Assembly (NCBI GenBank): GCA_044892525.1
Contig: CM097885.1
Span: 200,756,001 to 200,820,000 of the forward strand
Origin: Schmidtea polychroa
Lineage: Eukaryota
Length of the DNA: 64,000 nt
Direction: 5' to 3'
The notes under the pieces were generated by a model that saw nothing but the letters and a program-made list of their open reading frames with translations, made no database searches and was not told where the DNA came from. Each line of letters begins with the position of its first letter. Position 1 is the first letter of the stretch. Positions 36,095 through 49,480 of this stretch are shown here, in pieces. The translations under genes were made by a program, and so were the position numbers.

Positions 36095-36893
36095 TGTTAG
36101 TGATATTCAAATAACTAATTTATATTCTAACTTTTACTATTTGAGCTGGTTTGCTTCCAATTCAATTGTCTTCTCACGTCTCTAATATCGCCTAACTCTA
36201 TCCGTTCGTTCCCTAACTTCATAATTGTCCTAAGCTCTATTTCTTTGCATCCCTAGCTGAGGCAGAATGCCGGTTTACTCTGATTTTCCCAGTCCTTATA
36301 CACTCTTTGAAATCGGGATGACAAATATTTATTGCCGAGCCAATTTCTCTCCTGAAATTTGACTCCAAATATCTGCTTCGGCTGCCACCCAGAATGGTCC
36401 GACAAACAAAGATAATTAAAGGCCCACCAGGTATTTCTGCACGTACTATCCTTTTCTTGGTCCCCTCCTATTAACCACTGTGACAAGACAATGGGCCCAA
36501 ATCTTCCTTCTATTTACTTTTCTCTTTGTTTGCCCAACTCGAGATTTCTTTGTACTAGCTAATTAATTAATTTCATTTTCTTGTTTTTCATCCTTTACGT
36601 ACCTTTTCGCACTCTAGCTATCACTTTCTGAAAATTCCGTTATCACTATGTTATTCCTCTCTACATGTTCCACTCATGACCAATTTTCCAGACTTTAATT
36701 CGGATTATGAATCTTTTATCGATTTTCCACAATTCACATTTTTGTGCTTTTCCCATATATTGATGTCCCTTCTCAAGCTTTTCTACCCATTTTATTACTT
36801 CTCAGTCAATTCTCTCCATAACCAGTCTTACACCTCTCTCGTTCCTTTAATTACAATTATAATTTTACTTTTAATTATTTTATAACCCCAACA
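36095..36893. mobile_element. 799-bp LTR-like element occupying the 3' LTR position of element D
   Basis: TGTTAG...CCCCAACA; shares ttgagctgg, a minus-strand TATA and tgtact..ctaattaatt in order with 18010-19000, not with D's 5' LTR. Confidence 0.7.
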
Positions 36894-38060
36894 CTATGAC
36901 AATAATAATAATAATAATGACAATGATAATAACAATAATAACCCCAATAATAATAGTAATTATTGTAAGGTTCAGAATGTATTTTCAGCTATTGGTATTT
37001 TGTTAATATTGTCGTATTTGTATATCCTTATTTATTTATATAGTAGTATTTATATGACTTGTTATTGGGTGTAGAAATCTGAAGAGCCCGATAGAGTCAC
37101 TGTTAAAAAAATGTGGCGGGACAATCGGGGTGTGTGTTGTGTATAAAAGGTAAAAAAATAACAGGAAAATAAAATTACAACTTTTATTATTGAAAAAAAT
37201 AATAATACTTTTCAAAATATGATCTCGGTATTCGACAGGACTATCTACTGCTAAAACCCAACAAACAGCGGGTTTATTTTCGGATGAATTTGACTTGGGT
37301 CAAAAACCGATGTTTAGATTATAATCTTTATAATTTAAACTTGTAATCGTTATATGAAACTTTTCCTTCTGTGCGATCTTTTTATTTAATCTAGATGTTA
37401 TACGCTTTCTTGAAAATTGCGCTGATATATTAATTAGTATTGTAAGTTTTTTCCTGTTATAATAATTCCTGGAATAACTACTTGATTGACGTTTGATAAG
37501 TCTCCTGACTAGATATTTTCCATTTTCTTATCTTTTGGAGTTTTGGATTCTGTATCTTTTATCTTCTGTTACACAAATTTAATTTCTTGTTAAAGTTTTA
37601 TTTCAAAATTTTAATTCGTAATTGATTTTTTTAAAATTTTCCATATTTGTATAGCGATAATTTACGATAATTTACTATACTATGGTAAATTATCGCTATA
37701 TAGTTTCTTTATTTAATTTTATAACGGGACTTACGCCCAACGAAATGGACCAACGTCCCGTCCCCTTGTACAGAAATAAAAAAGAATAAGATTGTACATT
37801 ACAGTAATTATCATCAAACAAAGGTTCACTCTCAGTGCCACCCAGAAAATCGACCAACTAAAATTATCTATATCTCTCTTATGTTAATAATAATAATAAT
37901 AATTACCGATTTATTTGAATGATGTCAATATTGTTTGTTTAAAATTAATTAAGTTTAATACCCTTATAAAAATTTCCTTTTTATGTTTCAAATCACAAAG
38001 ACGTTACAAAATGATCGAACTGTAAAATTGTCTATTAATTTGAATAATATAAGATCTTAC

Positions 38061-38289
38061 CTGTAAACCAGCAAAAGACAAATGAAAATATAAAATAGAT
38101 GACTCTTTCTTTTCGTTTTTCCCAAAGCTTCTGCTCAGCAACACCAATTATTTCATTACTTGCAATATGCTTATAGTATTGAATTAGTGTAACTGAGAGT
38201 ACCACAAGGGTCAGCAAGGTAATTGATTGGGCAGATAGGAATAAATATCGATACAAATTTGCATGTATAAATGTTTCGGGAGATACTTT
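38061..38289 (-). CDS. TMEM116: TMEM116-like exon (TM5-TM6)
   Basis: AG/GTAAG-bounded; IIGVAEQKLWEKRKERVIYFIFSFVFCWFT resembles TMEM116 [30 protein letters not shown]. Confidence 0.65.
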
Positions 38290-39992
38290 CTATAAAAATA
38301 TCAAAATTAATGTATATAAATTAAAACAAAAATTTTGGCACATTTAAAAAAATGAGAACGCCATATATTCTAATTTAAATCTATTTTATGGGCATGTTAA
38401 ATATCTTCTGTCAGACTAAAACTAGTCTTATAAAGGCATTGACGTGATACTATTATGACATAAATTGTGTCACACAATTGACATTTTAATTAAACAATCA
38501 ATAAATTACCAAATTCCACTCTACAACATTTTCATCACTATTAGAAGTTTGGTTTCTTAAATTAATCACATCCATATTTTAAAAACAAAACAAAACTATA
38601 TTTTGAAAAACAACACAAAAATCACTATTATTAAAACAATCACTGTTTTTAGCTTAGAGGATATTTTCGCAAGCATGAGTTAATATTTGAATAGGGAATA
38701 TTCGTACACAAGCATTCAATAAATAGTTTATATTTTAATCTTCAATCATTCTTAAATATATTTAATTTATTATTTTAATTTATAATTTTATTATTTACTT
38801 TAATTATATTATTTAAATCTATTTAAATCTGGAAATTAAATACTTCTTCCATTTAATTACTTTCACAATCACAATATTCCTAACCAAATTAGTGATAAAA
38901 CAATTAACTTTTGATATATAATATGTTGCATGGAATTAAATGCATTTTAAGATGTCACTGTCAAAAATTTATTAGAAAAACATGGAGGAAATTTTTTTGA
39001 GAATCGAAGAACTCTACTTTGAGTTGTAGAGAAAATGATGAAAAAAATTCGTAATATTGGTTTATAAAATTATATAAGAAATTTAATATTTCTATAGAAT
39101 TTCAGATATTTATGTTAAAACACTGACTTTTTGCGAAAATGAAGAAATTACAAATAATTTAATTTTTTAAATATTTCACACATTTCTTTTCAAACTTTGA
39201 CTTTCTGTGAAGGTGAAATTTCAAATATTCAACCAGGTCCTTCTACGTCTTGATTTCAAGACGAAAAATAAAAAATAGTAATTTTTAATTTAAAAAACAA
39301 TATTTTGATAGAATTTCAAAACATGACAAAATTCCATTATTTGATGTCTTCGAAAATGGAAGATTGTTATGAATTTAGAAGATAACTGAGAATCACTAAA
39401 AAATCAATTGAAAAAATAATTTACAAATACAAAAATCTGGAGAAATTTCCAAAGGAAAGAGGTGGCAGCAAATAAATTATTTCATAAGAACAGGGAAATA
39501 AATGAATTTAAAAATATGTATTTGTCGATTACTTTCTTTAATAAATTATAGTTAAAAATATATCTAACTTACATAATATGGAAATAATTTCAAAAAATAT
39601 CCCATGTATAAATTCCGAAAAAATAAGCTGAATAATTAAAAATTATAATACAAATTGAAAGGGTAGAATTCACGTTTAAGTTAAAACTGGATATTGCTAA
39701 AAAACATTTAAATTTTATATATCAGATTACATAAATTTTTATATAAATATTTAAATTAATAAATTAAAGTAAGTTTAAAATATAAAAATAAATTAAATTA
39801 TATTAAATATTAAAATAAATTAAACCAGCATTGAAATCAGCATCAAAATTAAAATTATAAAAAAACCTCGAATAGATTGTTTGAATATTACAAACAAGCG
39901 CAGTTTTTTGAATAAAATAAATTTAGTAATTTTATTTGTTTAATTTATTAATTATGGAGATTGAAAATGAATTCAACGTTGTTGCGACTAAC

Positions 39993-41033
39993 ATGGCGAC
40001 CACGCCAACAAACCTATTGATTAGCACGTTGCTACCAGAAAGATTCCACAGAGACGACGACCTGGAAGAATTCATCTAAGAATGCCAAAATATTTTTAAT
40101 ATTACGAAAACATCTGTCAAGATGCAGATGGTTCTGGTTACCACACTGTTGGATAAACCATTATACGATGAATATGAAAAAACAGAAGGAAAAACATTTG
40201 AAGAGAAGCTCATATCATCATTTTCGAGGCCAAAATCATTATTCGAAGACTTAAAGGAAGCTCTAAATTATGAACAAGGATCTGATTCAGCAGACCGCTT
40301 TATCGAAAATGTAGAGAAATTAACCAAAAGATTATTGCGAGATGAGTGGAACGAAGAAGAAATTAAAAAGTGCCTGCTCATGAATGGGGCTCGAGAGAAA
40401 AAAGTTAAAAAGGAAATAGAAATGCAAGAACTAAAGACGTCAGAAGAAATTAAAAGCACAATTAGAAAAGTTGAGAAAGTGAATAAAGCTATAAACCATG
40501 TTAACTCCATCCGACCTATAACATACATGAAACCTGTCAAAACCTACAGAGATGCCGTTCAAAGACCCGCACAGACAAATACGATGCCAATGTCAAAACC
40601 ATTGGAAGCGACTAAGAACGTCGTATGCTGGGCATGCCAAAAACCAGGTCATTTAAGCCGAGAATGTACTATGAAGAGGAGGATTCAGTGTTTTGGATGT
40701 GGATTATATAGACAAGTACGCCGAGAATGTCCAAACATTCAGTGTAGGAGATGCCATCTACAAGGTCACAAAGAAACTGAATGCTATACAAACCTAGAAA
40801 GATTTAAGCCGAAAATGAATCATTACGGAAGAAATAATGCAGCACACCGAAATAAAGGGGGTCGATTTCAACAGAACAATCAGCATAACAGAAGAGAGGT
40901 AGCAGCAATTGGAAATCAAGATGCAAACTATCAACTGAATTATTCAAGTGAAGCCGAAGAGAAATACGACGAAATGCAATACCCAAACGAGGAAGCTCCA
41001 TCACAGGAGGCGATGATAGGAGCCATTTATTAG
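39993..41033 (+). CDS. Gag of element B (one in-frame stop near 40078)
   Basis: MATTPTNLL...; CWACQKPGHLSREC and CRRCHLQGHKETEC zinc knuckles. Confidence 0.85.
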
Positions 41034-41373
41034 GTAATTTTGATTTTGATGAAAATGCTGGTTATAATAATGTAAATAATTTTTATAATGTAAATAATTT
41101 GAATAATGTAAATAATTTGAATAGTGTAGATAATTTTAATTTTTTTTAGTAAAGATTTATGTAATAATATGGATGATAAAACTAATTTTAATGTTTATAA
41201 AAGTAGCAGTATAGATCATAGAAATGAAAACAGCAAAATAATGTATAGCGATGAAAGAACAGGAGAAAAAGTATATAGTTTCTTAAAAATGTCATTTGAT
41301 ATGAATGAAGATAAAATTGGGTGGATTAATGAAATTTCCAATAGCATAAAGAACAAAGTGGAACGAAATATAT

Positions 41374-44300
41374 TGTTGGCGGGTAACTACTCAGATGACC
41401 CCCCTTTGTTCCGCGTTTAATCTAGAGGATGAAATGCCCACATCGATTTCGCTCGCCTTTATTTTTGTCATCGCTGAGCAGGACCCGTACATAACCTACA
41501 CTCCAGCATAGCACCCGTGAGTTGCGTCACGTTGGAACTGTGCGATGCCGGCGAGACGCCAGTAAGCAGGTGAGCCAGCTCTTTCGGACTACTCCTTACT
41601 GAGGCCTCGACTTCCTAACCCCGACTGCCGATAGAAGGACTTACGTCTTCTCACTCTGTCGCCCGTCGCGATGCCCCTAATTGGAGTTTCTAACTGACTA
41701 ATGCTCCTCGTTTCGTGAGACTCTCAATGCTGTTCACCTATCTCGTATTCACTATTTTACGACAAAACGAAACGCATATATAAATGAAAATGGTTTATTT
41801 TTGGCATTATCATGCAAATACATCGAGAGCTTATACATCAATATTTACAAGAACAAGAAAAACATAAAGATAAAACAAAAATGATTTCGGCAGGTGTTCT
41901 GGTCTCTCTAGAGAATGAGGCCAATTTCAGGGGAGATCCTCATTTCTCCCACTCCGAGTCGGCGAGTAACTCGCTTAGATCAAAAAACTCGGCGGCGTTT
42001 TCTTCCCATGTCACCCCGGCGGCGGAGATGACTCGCCCGGAGATCCCGGCTGTTAGGTCGACCATGGTTGGATTATTGTTACTGCTGACTGGAGCGATGG
42101 TTGACGATGTACACTGCTTGACCGATGCCCGCTCCCGTTGTTTCCGTTTGCGTTCGGCTCGAGACAGTTGCCGACGTTTCGGTTTCGAAGTTGCAGGTGT
42201 TTGCACGGCCGATGCCGATGCAAAGTTCGCCTGGACCCTACTAGTCCCGGTGACTTCAATGTCTGGGTTTCTGGGAGAAAGCTCGGTCTCCACGCACTCA
42301 CGGCAAGACTTCCTGAGAGGAGATGAAGACCTGACAGAGGTATCGTGGTGCGCTGGGAAAAGATTGCTGGCTTCACCAATTGAGATCTTCGCTATCTTCC
42401 TGGTGGTTGCTGCCTGGACATATAATTTATGCAGCGCTTCCGACTCTGTGCCCGGCTCTCGGCAATTAGTGCATCACAGCAATGCTCACTTCGATACAAC
42501 TTCTTCCGGGTCTCCTTCATCTGGGAGGGACTAAACCATGTCCCCTCCAGCTCGTCTATCTTCCGTTTGTACTTTCCAATTTGAGCCTGTAGGTCTCTGA
42601 TGATCGAATTCTTGTCTGCACAAGAAAAACAAGGCTTGAGAATGGTTTTTGGATTGGGTAACATCTGGAGAGGCTAGGAAGAGAAGATGAAAAATAAAAA
42701 TAAATCTAAGTCAAATTGGAACGTCTCATCCGGTGACAATCATACTTTACTGACCATAGGTAGTTTACAGACAAACCGGGTTTATTAGCCTAGAGAAATC
42801 CCTTATACAACGGGTCTTGTATACTTTGGGTCATCATTCATATGATCATTCATACAGAGCTTTACTGAAGGAAGATAAGGTATAACCCCTGATAAGGGAA
42901 ACTACAAGTTAATGAAATAAAAAAAATTAATTAGTTTACTTGAAAAGATCAAACAGCCTGGAAAGGTAGTTTAGATTAAATTAAAGATGTACCCTAAGCA
43001 AATAATGTGTAGATCTGTTATGGAACTATGTCAATAACTTAGAAACTTGTTATTTATAACAGGCAGGACTCTATTAATTCCCCTTCAATTATTTATTGAT
43101 GATAATTAAGACCTTTACAAGTTGTTTGCAATAATTTAGTCAGGATAAATAAGAAGTTTTCTAATTAAATTATAATCATTTATTCATGCACAACCCAAAC
43201 TTGTTCAGATTAAATGAATACACAACTTCACGCAAGTGAACCCTAATTAATTATCTGGCTATTGCCTACTACTTCCAAACGGTGAGAATCTAGCGTCTGT
43301 CATTAGCTTGATGGTAATTCAGCTGACACATTATGTCTGATTCCCGGCGATTTATAGTGCATGTGGGTCTATATACTACATTGAACCTCTGCCGTGAGTC
43401 TAAAAACGTGTGATCACCTGGAGCTTCACTCTCACCTACTTATTAACAATCGCGATTTCTGACAAATGTTCTCATGCGATATTTTATGTTTGAGTATGCA
43501 TGCAGATGTAGTTCCTCCGTAGCATGTAATGCTAATTGATCAGCTGTGCACACACCCCAAATCCTTCTTCTCACACTATTGACATGCGAATTATCAGGGA
43601 AATTTTGGAAAATTAAAATTCTATGCATCACTGTTATAGAAATTTTTCTACTTCGTGGACGGTTTCTCTAAAACCCCTCAACTACCATTTCTCAATTCAA
43701 CTCGTGGCCCTCGGTCATCATCAACATATGCTATCTATTCCTATCGATTTGAAAATTTATTGCTTGATTCAACTCCGGATTGCAATTCAACGGTAGACCG
43801 AGAGTTCATATTTAATCTGTAAGCATTATCACGATAAATTGTTTTCTAAAAATTACATTTTTCCTGATTGGAGTTACTTGTGCTTTTAATAATAAAAAAA
43901 ATTGTTTGAGACTATTTATTTTCGTAATTCTATATAACTACCGCTTTAAGAGAAACTCATGGATGATGAAATGAGTAATCACGAAAGTTCGTTGGCTGGA
44001 AACCGTAAGACTAGACTTTGAGTAAAATCCGGAACCCCGATAATAGGTCACACATAATATTGCTAACGTTTGAACAGTTTTTGACGAAGGACTTGAATCT
44101 TTTGGCGATAGAAAAAATTTGAACGGAGTAAAACGATGTTATGATACGATAGTGCGACACCCTCAATCACTACGCGAATATACAAAAATTTTTCCAATTC
44201 ATGTACTCATTCTTCCACACTATTCTTCTCGCATGATTTTCTATCGAATTTAGTCGCACCTTCAGCGACGGACCCGTGAGGAAGCCCCCACATTACGGCC

Positions 44301-45224
44301 CGAATCAGCTGCGTGATTGAAAAACCCCATGTCCACCGGCTGAGCTCCCGAAGGCACCTCACACCATGACATGGAGTATCTCAACGCCACGTTTCTCGAA
44401 AAATTTGAATAGCATAAAATCACAAATAATAAGATTACTGATGCATAATAAATCATTTATTGTTAAATCACTAAATCATTCAATTACGTAACGCATTTAA
44501 ATCAAACGAAAAGAGAACAAAATTTTAAAAATAAAAATTATAATTAATGCATATATACATAATTATTGCTTAATAGACCTAAATATAAAACGAAAAACTC
44601 CTTACCAAGTATTCAATATAGGCTGAGTCGAAAACACTGGGTCGAATCGGTTGATGCTTGAGTAGAGTATAGATTTAGTTGAAGTTTCTTGATTTTCTGA
44701 AATAGTCCTTGTAAGCTACTGTAAGTCGGTGGCTGTTAGCTGTGAGTTGTTGTTTCTATTGCAATTGTTGGATTAACGGTAATTAACGGTAGTTAAAATA
44801 CACTTACCTATTGCAATTGTTGGATTAACGGTAATTATTATGATTTTAATGTCTGCTTATATATTAATTTTCTATTTACGCGGACCAATCAGAATTGAGT
44901 ACCGCATAATTTTATTATTTTAATTTATTTTCCTTGTTTTTGAGTTATTTCTTCCTATTTTCTTTATTTTTCTTATGTTTTTATTTAATTTCTTTGATTT
45001 CCTTATTATTTGCTACATTTTACGTTATTTTTCGTCATTCTATTGTCCTATTTTAATTTTTCTTAGTTTTATATTTTTTGTTTTAATTCTTATTTTCTAA
45101 TTATTGTTTTTATATCTTATTTTATTGTATTCCTAAATTTGTTTATTTTATTTTGTTTTCTTTTAATCTCTTGCTTATTTTACTTTCTTAGTTTCCCAAA
45201 TTGATTTTCCGACTCAGCCCAACA
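41374..45224 (-). mobile_element. ~3.9-kb LTR-like gene cassette (element C) nested in pol of element B
   Basis: TGTTGG...CCCAACA; 4-bp TSD ATAT; removal restores B pol ...VERNI|FTKDEWKGPR in frame. Confidence 0.9.
41940..42664 (-). pseudogene. Homolog of the element-A unknown protein, one ~19-nt frameshifting deletion
   Basis: PCFSCADKNS...EGTWFSPSQMKE...EHC..ESRAQ/SEALHK; starts at ctccag|ATG. Confidence 0.8.
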
Positions 45225-48200
45225 ATATTTACGAAAGACGAATGGAAAGGACCTCGTATGACTTATCATAAAATGCTAGGTAGACCAAGTATAACACTTG
45301 AAATTCAAGGACGCGGAATCGAGTGTCTATTAGATACAGGAGCACGAGTTAATGTAATGTCTAAAGCAGTACTGGATAAATTGGACAAAGTCGAGATAAT
45401 AAAAACAGATGAAATGCTAAGGTGTGCAAATGACAGTAAATTGGAGACTATAGGAAAAGTTCAAATTGAGGTAAAGATAGGGAAGCTAAGAAAAATAGTG
45501 ACCTTTACCGTCGTAGAAAACATTGTCCCAGATGTTATTGGGGGTATAGAATTACAGAAACAATTCGGTATTGAATTAAGATGGATTCAAGAAGGTGAAA
45601 TGATATCTAACGAACGTATATGTGAAATTGATGCTAAATTTGGGAGGAATATTACAAATGAAGAAAGATTCCAACATGTGATAGAGAAGTTGAAAGTAAA
45701 AGAAGATAAATTGCTTGTAGAAATTATCAAGAGAAATAAATGTGTTTTCATGGCTGATAAGTGGGATGTTGGATGCACTGATTTAATTCAACATAAAATC
45801 GAAACAAATGGCGGACCAATAATGAAAAAGCCCAGAAGACAGCCTATAAACTTGGAAGAGAAAATAAACATGGCCATTAAAAATCTGGAGGATAATAATA
45901 TTATAAGGAAGTGTAATTCACCTTGGAATACCCCTTTAGTGTGCGTTTGGAAAAAATAAAAGAAGGATATCAGACTCTGTTTGGACTTTAGACAACTTAA
46001 CAAAATTACTGAAAGACAAGCGTTTCCGATGCCTAACGTTGACGAGATCTTAGATGCTTTGCATGGTACTAGATATTTTAGTTCTATTGACCTTGGAAAC
46101 GCATACTATCAGTTGAAGTTGGATAGAGATTCACAGGAGAAAACAGCTTTTTCAACGAAAGAGGGGCAATTCTGTTTCAACCGAATGCCGTTTGGCATTG
46201 CGGCAGCACCAGGAACCTTTCAAGAGCTCATGACGAAGATATTAAAGGATTTATGGAAAGACGGGGTAATGGTTTATCTGGACGATATATTAATTTTTAC
46301 TAACACAATGGAAGAACACTATAAACTGCTGGAAAGAGTATTGCAGAAAATCGCAGAAGCTAAACTAAAAATTTATCCTGAAAAATGTCAAATACTGAAA
46401 AGCGAAGTGAAATTCTTAGGCCATATTATAATTAGAGACGGCATCCAAACAGATCAGAGCAAAATTGAAGCTATTCAATCATTTCAAAGGCCGAAATGTG
46501 TGAAAAATTTAAGGAGTTTCTTGGGTATTTGCAACTATTATCGAAAATTTATTAAAGAATACGCAAAGAAGGCAAGAGCTTTAGAGAGTATATGTGGTAA
46601 AAATAGCGACAAAATAATATGGAATGAAAATTGTGAGCAGGCTTTTGAGAATATGAAGTTGGCATTAATAACCGCACCGATTTTGGTATTTCCTGATTTT
46701 TAGAAAGAATTTATACTGGATACGGATGCAAGTTTCGATACAATTGGCGCAGTCTTATCACAGAAGAATGACACGGGATATGAGCAAGTTATCGCATATG
46801 GCTCACATGCGATGAATGACCACAAAAGAGGCTATTGTATTACAAGAAAGGAACTCCTGGCTATATATTATTTTTGTCGGCATTTCAATCACTATTTATA
46901 TGGGAAAAGATTTACACTACGTACAGATCATAAAGCAATAACATTTATGCTAACCACGAAGAAGCCAATTACAGCTCAATTCCAGACCTGGATAAACTAT
47001 TTAAGTAGTCTTGATATAAAAATGGAATTTAGAAAGGGTACACTACATACTAACGCAGACATGTTATCAACGAAAACGTGTGGCACATGTGTACAATGTC
47101 TTATGGAACACGATAATCCTAAAATGGGAAGAATGACAACCAGAATGTTAAATATAATGACTGAAGACAAAGGAGAGGAATGGCAAATGAATAGTGATGA
47201 AATAGAGGAGATTAAAAATAAAATAAGAACGCAAACGAGTGGAAGGTTTATAATAGAGGATAATATTATTTATACCAAAGATAAAAGAATATGGATACCA
47301 GAGAGCAAAAGAAGCGAAATGATTAACAAAACACATCTATTACTGTGCCATGCTGGAGTTGACAAAGTTATCAAATACATACAAAACAATTTTGATATGA
47401 GAGATCTAATAAAACAAGTAAAAACGACAATATCAAATTGCGAATCGTGCCAAAAAGTTAAAGTTGTAAGTACAAAGATGAAAGGGAAACCAAAAGTACT
47501 TGAAGCATCCGAACCCTTCGAGAAAATATATATATGGGCATATGTGGCCCAATGAAAGAAACATTTAACAGGAAAAGATACATTTGCGCAATAATCGACC
47601 ATTACAGCAAATACATCTCGTTAACAGCTATAAATAAACAGGATGAAGAGACAATTGGGAAGATATTGTTAAACAACTGGATTCTACAATTTGGGGCACC
47701 CAAAGAACTACATCTAGATTGCGGGAAAACATTCGAAGCTAATAGCATAAAGAATATAAGCAAAAATGCAGGGTTCGAGATAGTGTATTCGAGTCCATAT
47801 CATCATAATACGAATGGTATAATCGAAAGACAATTCCGGACAATAAGAGATTTTATTAATGCATCGTTGAAAGACGGAAATACAAAAGACTGGGCAGACC
47901 TTATCCCAGATATAGAATATACATTCAACGCAACCATTCAAAAAACAACGGGAGTAAGCCCAGCTGAAATTATTTTTGGTAGGAAAATTGATAGATCAAA
48001 ATGGTATAATGATAGTAGAATCAACAGGAACGATATCGCATTGAAAATTGAAAGTAAAAGACAAAATGAGGAAACAACAACTGCAAGGAGGTTGGATATT
48101 GGAGACAAAGTTTTAATCAAACGAGAAATACGAAACAAGGATCAAGATAGATATAAAGGACCATACACAATAACAAAATGAATACACGATAGCAGTTATA

Positions 48201-48274
48201 TGCTGAGAGATAAAAGTGGGAAGTCTTTAATCAGGAATATTGAAAAGATTAAATAATTTAAAGAAGGGGGATGA
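45225..48274 (+). pseudogene. Pol of element B (PR, RT, RNase H, integrase) with stops and a frameshift
   Basis: LLDTGA, YLDD, DTDAS, HxxxCH-C..C and GPY motifs; stops at ~45959, 46703, 48181; frameshift near 47545. Confidence 0.92.
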
Positions 48275-48959
48275 AAGGGTAGAATTCACGTTTAAGTTAA
48301 AACTGGATATTGCTAAAAAACATTTAAATTTTATATATCAGATTACATAAATTTTTATATAAATATTTAAATTAATAAATTAAAGTAAGTTTAAAATATA
48401 AAAATAAATTAAAATATATTAAATATTAAAATAAATTAAACCAGCATTGAAATCAGCATCAAAATTAAAATAATAAAAAAGCCTCGAACAGATTGTTTGA
48501 ATATTACAAACAAGCGCAGTTTTTTGAATAAAATAAATTTAGTAATTTTATTTGTTTAATTTATTAATTATGGAGATTGAAAATGAATTTGACGTTGTTG
48601 CGGCTAACACAAATATTGACTAAAAGTAATATTTAAAACTTGAATAATGATTTCATATTTATATAAAAAATCAAAATTCAAATCTTAAAATTTAATTAAA
48701 ACCAAAAATCTTAAATTCCTAAAATGACTAAAATATGTAAACTTATAAATTAACTTCATTTCATCACAAATGGTGAATCACCAACCAGTATTAAAGATAC
48801 TTTTATTCCGTATTAACAGGTTTAATTAAAATTAAAATCCAACCATTAAAGCAGACAAACACAGGCTTACAATCTCAGAATAAAAACCATGAGAAGGATG
48901 CTCCGATTTATTTCACAACAATAATGAATATTCTAAACCTTGATCTATTTAATTCCACT

Positions 48960-49480
48960 CAGTGTTGTTTTTATTAACACGGAAAGAAATGTAATGGATA
49001 TGATTAATGTTTATCAATTGAAATCTGATAAAGTAAATGAAAGGAATTCGAATGCTGGTGTTGGTTTTATTATGGTTTTACCGTATTCTGAGGGTTAAAA
49101 TTTTTAGAAAAGTCATTAGAAAAAATCTCGGAGAAATCTTGTAAGAAATATCTCAAAGTCTTGTTAAGTTCGTGATATATTTAGTAATAATTTTGGTCTA
49201 TGTTCTGATCTTGCAATTCATTTTACTTACTTTGGGTGAAATGTCACATAAACTGGAGAAACTGACATTCATCTCTACAAGAATTTGAGAGATTGCCCGA
49301 ATGAGTAAAATAATGAATATTATTGACCATAACAAGACATACGACTTTAAAATAGACATTTCCAATTATAAAAACTATTTGGAACGTTTTATTTGTGAGG
49401 TCTCGATGATAAAATCGTTTAACCAAAAAAATTAAAATACAAAATGCATTAACCGCGTTTATTTTGAATGTTTAATTCAG
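48960..49480 (+). mobile_element. Degraded Penelope-like element, related to 10455-11340
   Basis: MVLPYSEG, LCSDL, TGETDIHL, WERFICEVSMIKSF..QNA fragments in order. Confidence 0.65.

Larger units (their letters stand above)
39656..48609 (+). mobile_element. Full-length Ty3/Gypsy element B with nested insertion
   Basis: 338-bp LTRs (39656-39993, 48272-48609; 7 substitutions by eye), 5-bp TSD CAAAT, PBS TGGCGACCAC and PPT; gag with CCHC knuckles, PR-RT-RH-IN; several stops. Confidence 0.96.

Noticed and set aside
41812-42534. 240-aa plus-strand ORF in element C
   Set aside because: Antisense shadow of the GC-rich minus-strand ORF; no comparable plus-strand ORF in element A.
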